Origin: Gordius albopunctatus
Lineage: Eukaryota
Length of the DNA stretch: 64,000 bases
Reading direction: 5' to 3'
Assembly (NCBI GenBank): GCA_964276515.1
Contig: OZ193909.1
Location: 14,818,001 to 14,882,000, forward strand
The notes below the pieces were generated by a model. The model did no database searches and was not told where the DNA came from. It worked only from the letters and a program-made list of their open reading frames with translations. Positions 53,304 through 64,000 of the stretch are shown in pieces. Positions within the stretch are counted from its first letter, which is position 1; every line of letters starts with the position of its first letter. The position numbers and the translations under genes were made by a program.

Positions 53304-56300
53304 TCAGTTGATTTGATAGGGGATGGTAACTTTTAACGAAGCATCGCTTTGCATTAAAGATCGCACAACGTAGGCCGAATAATTGGAAGATTGGATGTTA
53401 GACCAACACCTCCGACTGACGCCATTTTGAACATCCCAAGCAAGTACCGCCAAGGCACGTTTCAAGGATTGGGGTGTCCCATCTAAGACGATGCCTACGC
53501 CATTATTGATAACTTGGGCCCAACCTACCCCGCCTCCGTTGTGTATGGCTACCCAAGTGGCACATCTCGCCACGTTCCCTAATATAATATAGCATGTTTA
53601 TATTTAAAGAAGTAAATTTTTATGATAAATGGACATCTTATTTGAATTCGACAATCAATCGAAGAAACTGAAAAAATGGACGGCGAGTATAAATAAGCTT
53701 AACATTGTTACTAAAAATGTTTTTGCGTATAAATTTTAATGAGAAATCGTTTATATGATGTTTATACAGAAGCATAAGTCCACAACCATTAAAAACTCTT
53801 ATATGCAAAAATTACAAGTTGGACACTCACTCAAGACAAGACAACGAAAAGCGAGCCCATAAATTGCATAGCAATTAAAATATTCTGCAGCTTGAATACG
53901 CGCATATCAAAAATGTCTGCCTCTAAGACTATTAAATTTAGGTCAATATTCCTTTGAATATAATCATTCTATGGAATTCTTTAAAATATCAATAAACATA
54001 AAAAACTTAGTAGTTTTGAGACTTCGATTCAGGTGTGGCCCCTTAACCTAACCTTTTATTTTTTGCATAAAAAATCAAAAAATCCTGAATTAGGCTCGGA
54101 TCGGGGCATTTAAAACCATTTTTGCAGGGATATCTACTAAAGCTAGTGCTTTAAAATACTAATAACGTGTTACCTTATTTACATTATTTAGACCCGTCGT
54201 AGCTATTTTAAGCCATTAAATTAAAGATAAATTTACGGTTATTTCTAAAAGTTCTTAATTTTTTAGGGAATCAATATGATTTTGTATTTATGAATACCAC
54301 AATCAGTTTGTCATAATCACGAAGCTGTTATTATTTGGCACCTACCCCCCCTCTCTCCCCCATTGTAATGCTGCGTTCGCCATATTGTCAATTAGATGAA
54401 TTAAGAAAGGTCAATTATTTTGGGTGAGATTTGAGGCATAATGATAAATTTTTGAACATATAAGTAGTTTTGTATTCGAGCGCCAAGCCAGCTACTTCTT
54501 TTTGACTCTCCATAGCTAAAAATTGAATTATAACCGAGTGAATGAGTCTTGTTCGGGCGAGTCTCACATAGAACCTTACTCGACGCCACATCGGTTTGGG
54601 TAACACAGGTTGTAATATTTAAAAGTATAATGGTTTGGGTAAAAAAGAACGCTTATGGAAGAGAGCACGAAAAGAAAAACGACATATATTGATAAAAATT
54701 TATGTTTGGGCCTAATTATATTTTAGATGATAATTCGGATCGATTATTAAGTCCAATTTAATCGTTTTGCTCGAGTTGGGTTGGACTTGGTTGGGTTAGA
54801 GTGGCATCTCGCTATCTACAGGTGTGAAGCTTGTTTTAAAATTGGGAAAATAACGCATAATTTACATTCTCGTTGCGTGGCCTCAATTTTTATAACTATT
54901 TAATTTAGCTCAACCATGTCGGGCCTTTTTTGAGGGATATTGCTATATAGTCAAAAAAAAATGTGTAAATGCCATATGGTATCATAATAAGATTCTTACT
55001 TATGTCGATTGAAAATAGGTTATGTTTTTTAGTAGTATCTCTAATGCCAAGGATTTTATGTAGAAGTTACCCGAAAATCTGGTATAATAATCGTTGCCCT
55101 CCCCAGCCAGCCCCTGAACCCGTCCATCGAATTAAGTCCACACTAAATATGTCAATGGTATGATTTTAGTAGTAAATTACCAAGGATATTTTGAACGGAC
55201 ATGTCAGCACACAACGAGCTACCATCTTTGATATCCGAAGTTTCTCGAAACGGGCTATCTGCCCCAGATACGTCATGATGGTCTCGGGTGAGCACAATGG
55301 GCCACTTGATTTGGCCTTTTGCTATAGCTTTGTTCATCGCTCGAGCCAGTTCCATACGACCCACAGCATCGGAATACAAAATCCTAGCCTTATAGTTTAA
55401 TAATGGGTAAACAACAATGACTTTAGCAATGTTTTTATAATTGGCCGCTTGAGTCCGTGCTTGTCCTATGATTAGGGTAACTCTATATTCAAATGGCCTT
55501 GTTAAAATTTTACGATTTTCATATTCTATCACCTAAGCCTATGCTACCAAATAAAAGAATTATTGCCTGTATACCATTAAAGAAACTATACGTTTACTCA
55601 CGATTTTGGACTAAACCTATTTTTGGTTTAGTTTAAGTCAAAACTGGTAATAAATTAGGTATTTGCATTCTTCCTTCCTACCTTAGAGCCCACCGTCAAA
55701 TAGCCTTCATTGTCTAATTTAGGTTTCGAAGTCGACGATTTTATAATATGACGCATCCAAATGACGTTATCATAATAAAGCTGTATAATTTTTGCCAAGG
55801 CCACTTCTTTGTCGATTTGCGCTCGAGCCTCTAAGGATGACAATCTCTTTTCCAAAACCTCTAATGCCAGCTTATCCGTAAGCTCGAGGTCTGCCACTGA
55901 TCCGCTAGTGCAAACCCAACGAAATGGCCCGAAACCCAAAGCAAATATATCTCCCATGATTTCCTTTAGAAAATAAGGTAAAAAGGATAAAAATCAAAAG
56001 GATAGCGAGTTTTTAAACCCTAACTACAAAAGATAGGGAGTGGATATCTAAAAAATTTATTCGACTACAATATTTATCAGTTGTTATAAACGCACAAATG
56101 CCTTCAAATCAAAGCCCATAAAAAACGCATGGCAACGCGATTATTTTAGCTGTTCCAGAGCTATTAAAGTTTTGTTAATTGCAAAATATTTCATTTTACA
56201 ATAACTTAAAAAGCCAATTTATCATAAAAAATAGAAGGGAAATTTTTTATTATATACATAATAAAATAGGGCTACGAACACGAACATAGTCCACTATAGT

Positions 56301-59300
56301 TTTTTGTGTTTAGGATTTAATTCCAGCTAACTATTATGTAAAAAATTAATTAGGAATTATTGATTAAATAACCTTTTTGATCAAAATTTAGGGGAGCTAT
56401 TGCATCGTCAATGCATCCCCTTGGCCACGCCCCCTCAGGTATTAAAAATGTATAAATTTATGAAATTGTTTGAGAATCACATGAAAAGTTTTGAAAATCG
56501 ACATTTTTTGAAATTCTCCCTTTAAATATGGTAGGATGAGCATTAAAATAAGTTACGATGTGAAGCAAAAAACATTTGCCATCGTTACTTGAACGTAGGA
56601 GAAGTATCTGAAACAAGGATTTAACCCAATCCCCTTTGGAGACCCCGGCAACGTAACATCGGCGTTAGCTCGACAAGCTTCTAACAAAAAGGCATTCCCA
56701 TAATCCCAAAATATCAGTCCAGAACGGTTGTGCAATTCATTGATGAGTTGTACTTGCAGCCTTAAACTTGCCTTAACGGCCTCTTCAAATTCTCTGGGTC
56801 GATCTCGCATCATGCAATTAGCCTGATCTAGGCTAAGCCCTTGCGGATAGTAGCCTCCGTTGAATGGGTTGTGAAGTGAAGTTTGATCCGACCCAAAATC
56901 AACAGTTTTTCCACCGCCCGAAAGGTAGTCTTGTACAAACGCCTGCCTTGAAAGATAATAATTATATTTCATTAAAAACTTACTGCACCTAGTCAGGGGA
57001 GACGCGGGGGGGGGGCTTGTGCCCATTTTAATCTACCTAATTTAGTTTACTTAATCATCTCTCTCACTATATTTAAATCGTTATTTATTTTAAAAAGATT
57101 GAAGACAAATATTATATTTCAATAAATTGTGTTGAAAGTTTATAAGAAATCACATTAATTATATAAAAAATTGATAATTGTATAACACCAGACCAGACCA
57201 ATACGAAACTCTTAGTTTCAGTAAATTTAGAAGAAAAGACTTTCAACAAATATTGATATAACCCCTAGACATCATTATTTTCCTTCAAACTTCTTAAGAG
57301 TAGCCTTGCAATTATCGTAGCCAAGTTTTATATAAAAGGGAGGATGCAAAAGTTTGGTAATTTTTTGAGGGGAAGAGTTCATTAAATTTTTTAGCTGTTA
57401 AAGAAGGAGAAGCTGCTGCGCTTACGACCCAGCTAAGCTTGTGAGCATTGCAAATGCGAGTTTCATATTACAAGGGTCTCTCAATTAGATAGAGAGAGCA
57501 CAGAAGGGAAATTTTTATGAAAAATTGAGAAATCCCACGGGAAATTCCCTTGGGAATGTTTTTAAATGATCTAATTAAGTAATTAAGTTATTATTTATAT
57601 CTTCTTGATTTATTTAAGAACAATCTTTGAAAAGTAAATATCTTTTTTTTAAAGCTTCATTGTACTAAAAATTGAGGATCCCTATTTTATTTAAAAAATC
57701 GCTATTAGGTAATTATATTGTCTAATATTTTGTATTTATTTTAAAACCTTTTACAAAATAAACATTTTTCTTAAATTTTTATGTGGGCATGTTTTGACTA
57801 CACTACGCCTTTGGTGGAAAGGGATGTGCGCTAATTAGAGTTCTGCAAAGGGCCGTTTTAGGAGGCCGGTCCGCCCATACCCGTGTCATAAACTTTCAGG
57901 CCAGCCCCAGTCCGTCCATAACATTTTTTGTACACTCCAGGCCCGTCCGTACCCATTTAACTTTTAGGCCCGCCTGGGCCCGTCGTTCGGCCCCTAGCAA
58001 GTTCGGCCGTTAGGCCAGGCCCATTAAGTAACCTAAAATTTATTTATTGCGACTTTACGGATATTATTATTATTGGGATACCCTGATCGATTGAATAGGT
58101 GGGTATTTTTAAGGTAACTATAATCGACACCTTGATCCGCAAAAATATTAGAAAATTTCTTTATAGACTCCGAGTGTTGTGATTTGTTCAACATAAAATT
58201 TTTAATATTATACCCTTATTTTTTATGCAATAAAGGGGATGTAAAAAGACTTTTTTGAAGGTTCTAATTTATAAATTCGAATGATTGTTAAGTATTAAGG
58301 AGCTTTGTGTATTAGCCACATTGATTTCTAAGTGTATTCCTAATTTATGGAATTTGATCAAAGTTAATTAAGATGCAATAAACCCCTAAAATACAAAAAG
58401 TAACTAGTTACCATCTTATACATTAATTTGTAATCGTGTAAAAGTGTAATCATATAATATATAACAAATTAGCACATTTTTTAAAATTAATATAGCACGA
58501 ATTGTAAAATGAACGAAAGTAACATGTAAAAATGTATCACAAATGAATGCAATAATTAAATGACTATAAACACCATTTCCATTTTCATATATGGATTAAG
58601 GGCTTCTAATTATATTTTGTCTTAATAAATTTTGCGTTTCAAATACTAAGAATCCATATTCATAAAAAATGTTTATAAGCCCCTTTGGGTCTGCTTAAAT
58701 TTTAATATAAATCCCAGGACCATTTACAAAACTTAAGCCCCGTTCAAGCCCCTTGTAAAACTTATTTGGACCGCCCGAGCTCCTTATTAAACTTGTTAAG
58801 CCCGCCGGAGCTCCGCCCCTTAAATTTTTTTTCAAAGCCCGTCCGCACCAGCCCACGGGGCGGAATTTTAAACCCGTAGGCGGGCCGGGCTTGTTTATGC
58901 AGATCACAAGCACTAATTAAGATATTAATGCAGCGGCGGCTAGAATAATTATACTGCCGCCTTCTAGTGCGGCTTTCAAAACAATTTAATCTAGATTTGG
59001 TAAAATTCGTAGAAAACTCAGGAGCAAATTGGCTAATGAAATGATTAGCAAATTGTGGCAATAAGACACATTCTGAATTTAAACTGCGTGAATCTTCTCG
59101 ATTGTTATGCTAGATCATGTCAGAGTCTATAGATGAAGATGTATAAATGAATTAGAGGGTGTATAAATTAGATGTTAAATATGTTGATTTTTGTTTTTAA
59201 AATATTAATCGATAGAAATTCCTAATTTTTCTCATTCCCCCCCACCCCACCATTTAATTAAGGCTAGGCCCTTTGCTCATGATAAATTCGATTAACCTAG

Positions 59301-62300
59301 TAATGTAGCAATAACAATAGCCTTTATGCCTTATGTAGTAAAAGAGTATAATCAGATGCATGTATGGGCTATGAGCATAGATAAATTTCACTTTTATAAA
59401 TATTTCTATTCTAAAAAAGCTCATATCTGAATTGTATACCAATTACAAAAATACGGTTAAAAATATATATAGGGAGTTTACCATAAATCTACAATATTTC
59501 CGTGAAAGGCTATACTGGTCGACTCTTTCTTAAGCTTGGCTTCTTTTACTCTAGATACACAATCAGCCGGTTCCGTAAGGATCTCCTTTACCCAACCTTG
59601 TTCATGACGCTTCAATATGGCTTCTTCGCTAACCTTGGTAGAGATTTATAAAGAAAAAGCTTAAATCTCTAAATTGTTCCGAAATTTGCAGGATATCATG
59701 GCTTTCTTTAAAATTTCACCTTAAACTAATTTGGAACTTTTAAAATCACAATATATCAATATACGTCCAAAGATGTGGTTTTTTAATTTATACTTTGTTA
59801 TAATAAAAGTTTATTTCTTATTTGCTTTTATTGCCAACTAGTTATTTTTTACTTATTTATTCTTACTTTTTCCTAAAATAAAAATTTATTCTCTCGATTA
59901 CCGTTGAATATGCCTCGCCTGAACCACTCTTAACATTTTCACCTGATATACTTTTAAATTTGGAAAAATGGGATGAATATCTAAACTAGAGATCTGGAAC
60001 GGGCTATTTCTAGAAGGTGGGCCCGGCCGTGCTCGTTAAACTGCCAGGCCTCTCAGAGCCCGCCCGTATTTTTTAAGCACTTCAGGCCTGTCGGTACCCT
60101 AAAACTTTGCTCGCACGCGCGAGCCTGGCTTTTAGGCCCATCCGCGAGCCGGGCCTGCCCGTGCAGATCTCTAATATAAAAATGAAAAGCAAGCCCATAA
60201 ATTGCATAGCAATTAAAATAAAGAAGTTAACATGGTCTATGTGATTGATTATATTACCTCAGCAATAACTCCTATACAACCGACGATAGTTGAAGCTTTG
60301 GCCTGAGCACCGCTCATACCTCCCAATCCAGATGAGAGGAATACCTGCAAAGTATATCTAACATCTTTCTACCCAATTTAAAAATATTTTTCTTATAATT
60401 TAACTTTTATTATACCTCTTACACGGATAAAGTTTATTGAATTTGAATTGTTATCTGACTTGGTAAAAATTAAAATATATATGAAAACCAAAAAAAATTA
60501 TATAGTCTTATACTTTCTCATTCTAAATTTAATGACTGCATTGTCTCATTTTTTTTAAGTAAAATTCGTTAAACACAAATTAAAGATGACTGTTGTCCCA
60601 TGAACCAATGATGCAATATACATGGGCGTAGACAGGGTTGGAACTAGGGGGGGGGCAATAATAATTTAGAGGGGGGCAAACTGCTAATTTTTTCAAGATT
60701 TCACCCATAATTATTTTAAATTTTAACGATTTTTTGTTATTTGAAGGGGGCAGCCGCCCCTCCCTGCCTCCCTCTGGCTACGCCCATGGCAATATATTTC
60801 CTTTAAGAGAAGAGCTAAACAACCTCTTAAAACAGGAATGTATTTAATAAGTGAAACCAAATTCATACTTTTCCAGCCATATCAACGTCGCTACCCATAT
60901 ATTTACGAGCCACGTTTAGCAACGTTATAACGGTACCATGAACGATTCCCTGTGGGCCGATATAACAAAAGCTTCCAGCGGTCATTTGGCCGTACATAGT
61001 TACTCCCAGAGCAAATAGTCTATCGTGTTGAGTTTTCGTACAATATTCTGGAACCATCATCCCGTTGCTTATAATTAATCGTGTTGTTGTCTTATTTTCA
61101 GCAAACATCTCGACTTCTCTCGATTCCTCGTCACTGTTTGCATCGCAGCAGTACGATGGATTGGTTGGAAATAGACCCATGGGGTGGCCCGAACTCAGAA
61201 CTAGTGTTTGGCTGTCGGTCATTTGACCGAGGTATTTCATCGTCAGCAAAAACTTTGGGTTTGAACGGAAAATATCAAATTTTTGTCTTTCAATTACAAG
61301 ACTACAAAACATAAAGTTCACGAGATTTAAATCTAATCTAACATAGAGAAATAAGATAGCTCTAAACAAGGCACTAGGGGTAGAAAATCAATTATACATG
61401 ACATCCATCTTGACCTAAAATTTGGATTTGGGATTGCAACTCAATAGAATGCACCTTTGGAGACTTTCATTTCTAATATTAACTACATATTAAGGGTAGA
61501 GAGGAAAATGATAAGTTTTTCAAAAAATCTTTGTTGCCTCCCCCCTTTGGCTTTTGCCCCTGCCCTGAGGGTATCATATATGATATATCGTCAAACCCCA
61601 AAAATAATTATACGCAAAAAATGTAGGTGAGTTTTTTTTATAAAAAATATTAATAGACGTTGCTTAGGTGTTTTAACCGTGAGGAAGGCAGTTAAAAGTA
61701 ATAAATAACGGCTCTAACTTGAGCCCAATTAGAAAAGACTTGTCCGTTTGAGCCGTACGTAACCAACTCTTGAGGAAATTGTGCTACTTGGGGATCTAAA
61801 TTGTTCATAATCATCAACATTATAGCCTTGGCTTCCACCACATTTCCCGGGTATTCTTCAAACGGGTATGCCCTTGAAAGGTTTTAAATTAAATTTCGAA
61901 ATACAAAATTGGAAATATTTAAATAGCTAACGTACACCTAAACTAAAGTAACTTTTCTAAAGTTATTTAGTAAAGCAACCTTCACAATATATTATTAACG
62001 TCGTTTTTATGCAATTCTATTGTTGACCTGGATACTCAATACATTATATGTTCATGGTAGAGCGCTAAACAATATTAACAGTGCAGTGCCAAAATTCTTT
62101 TATGCAACCTTAAATCTATCCGATTTTATAAAACAATCAAAAAATAAATGGTATTTTATCACGATTAAATTTAATAAAAATCTTTAAATAATTTACGAAT
62201 TATCAATTTAAATGATTTAAATGACATAATAATTACAGCAACTTTTCTAACGAGCCATATTGCAAGATCTAACTTAATCAGATCTTCTCTGTTCTCTCCC

Positions 62301-63032
62301 AGTTTTTCGATTTCAACTATTTTGAAAACAACTTGCATATATTTATACATATCATTTATAAATTGAATAAATGTTAAATATCGTAAATTATATTCTTGAA
62401 AACCTTTTTTTAATTATTATGTAAATCAAACCAGATCCCTTAATAAGGTACGCACTTGATGTCCATTTTAGGCATAAATCTGTACATGTAAATGTGCCCA
62501 TAAAGTTCCAGCTCTTGCTCAAACTCGGGCCTCAAGACATTGTGGACGCCGAAGGGAAAGTAACGCAAGGCATTATCTACGGCTTTCTTTAAACGCAATG
62601 TTTATTTAAATACTATAAAATGCTTAATGTGATTATAATTCTAAATAAATGTTCCAAATTTATAGTTAATCTTAATAGTCTTCATTTAAATAATCATTTT
62701 GTTAGCTCTTAGGCATTGTAATTTGACATTCAAATGGAGGGATGTTGTATACAACAACTCAACTTTACTTCCGAATTTTATTTATAGAAAAACTAAACAA
62801 GACATGCAAGGTTAAGTTATGAGTAGATTATGAATTATGCGAGAAAATTTTTAATAAAATTTATATTTAAAATATAATTATATAGTAAAGGTGGGCATAC
62901 TTTTTGTTCGTCGGAATTTAGACCATGCTGCCTGTAAGGTGCATGAATTACATTCTCGTCCCTTGGATTATAATCAGGTAAGGGATCGATTGGAATACCA
63001 CGGCATAATATATCTAAACTTTTTCTAGCCAT
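53304..63032 (-). CDS. uroc1: Urocanate hydratase (eukaryotic type), ~720 aa, 10 coding exons
   Basis: Exons 63032-62901, 62586-62456, 61872-61719, 61252-60869, 60344-60258, 59633-59482, 56946-56589, 55963-55682, 55388-55181 and 53578-53304 total 2163 nt in one open frame. Motifs: NALRYFP, NNLDP.VAQFPQELVTYG, YGQMTAGS.CYIGPQGIVHGT, GLGGMSGAQ, GSDQTS.HNP, WDYGNAF, GFGPFRWVCTSG, RDHHDVSG.DSPFRET, HNGGGVGW. Confidence 0.95.
57836..58909. mobile_element. Non-autonomous hAT element in uroc1 intron 6
   Basis: Ends TAGAGTTCTGCA / TGCAGATCACAA, ggccc subterminal repeats, TSD gcgctaat/gcactaat. Confidence 0.8.
59987..60173. mobile_element. hAT MITE in uroc1 intron 5
   Basis: TIRs TAGAGATCTGGAACGGG / CCCGTGCAGATCTCTA; flanks atctaaac/atataaaa. 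Confidence 0.8.
60621..60788. mobile_element. CATGGGCGTAG-family MITE in uroc1 intron 4
   Basis: TIRs catgggcgtagacag / ctggctacgcccatg, perfect TSD gcaatata. Confidence 0.93.
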
Positions 63033-63669
63033 ATTTTTAAATCTGCAAAATTAATCTCTTGTTTTTTATTAAATCTTTTTTCTTCAACATTCAACTAAGC
63101 GCGTTGGTGAATGAAAGAAGGATACACGGCCCATGGTTGAATAATGTTTTTTATGACTATGCTGATGAGATAAATTAACTTATGGCTTAAAGAATGTTTT
63201 GAAAGTTGGAGATGTATTAGAGAGTGCCTATTTTAACTTAGAAAAACATTAGGGGAAGCCGTGCCCAGTTATAGATACAAATTAGTCTCTTATTAATTTA
63301 ATGAAAAGTTAGATTTCGAACTATATATGTATTATGGCATAAGATATAGGTACAGACGTTACAAAAAATAGAAGGAAAATACGGGGTTGGGGGTGGGTAG
63401 TAGCATTAACAATTTTATCATCTATGTTAAACTAATTTGAGATTTATCTTATAAGGGAATATATATTTTATAAATTTACTACAATCTAATAATAAATTTT
63501 TTATTCACATTCCAATGTGTAAAATAAAACTACTTTGAACGCTCGCTAGTCCGTGTGCAAAAAATGAGGAGTTAATCTCAGGTCAGAAACTGGCCGATTC
63601 CCGTGTCAGGTAAAAATAAATTATGGTTACTAATTGATTCACAATGAAAGCGCTTTTATCGGTGTTAGA

Positions 63670-63935
63670 ATGCGAATAACATGTTGGATTGGTTCCACAA
63701 ATGCTGAAAAGAAGAAAATTACACCCTCTGCCTAGAAGAGACGAGGTGGAATTCAACCATAGCTTGTGAATTAGGAGACGTATATAGGTTATTCCATACT
63801 GGGTCACCAAAACATATTAACGGCGGCAATATCTCTAAGGGAATATTTCAATGACAAGGTGGTGGACGATATTCAGAGAGGTTAATGTAGGTGAAGATTG
63901 CAAATAAAGGAGGCCTCCTTATGTGCACCCATGAA
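63670..63935 (+). mobile_element. Degenerate APE endonuclease remnant of an RTE LINE
   Basis: Frameshifted MLKRRK...LCLEETRW...ELGDVYRLFHTG...NG...KVV motif order matches the N-terminal APE domain of RTE elements. Confidence 0.6.
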
Positions 63936-64000
63936 ATATGTTTTATAAAATTAGAGAAAAACATTCTTCGATTCATGGGAAAAGGAGATACAAGGTATAT

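Noticed and set aside
53304..63032. Bacterial hutU horizontal transfer or contamination
   Set aside because: It has nine spliceosomal introns and the long N-terminal extension of eukaryotic UROC1.

Overview
AT-rich eukaryotic (animal-type, probably invertebrate; species not identifiable from the sequence) genomic DNA with two reconstructable intron-containing host genes. One is a Polycomb/CBX gene on + (24174-26753, 5 coding exons, ~486 aa) whose chromodomain lies in three short exons missed by the ORF track. The other is urocanate hydratase UROC1 on - (63032-53304, 10 exons, ~720 aa). The rest is mostly decayed transposable elements: RTE LINEs, two CRE-like restriction-endonuclease retrotransposons, a Helitron with both termini and nested insertions, several hAT elements and MITE families with clear TSDs, and a piggyBac remnant. 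The most unusual observation is that 7 of 9 UROC1 introns and 1 of 4 Polycomb introns must end in AAG rather than the usual YAG, which suggests altered 3' splice-site recognition in this lineage. All gene models were built by hand from reading frame, GT/AG sites and remembered family motifs. No database searches were run, and short exons of other genes could have been missed.
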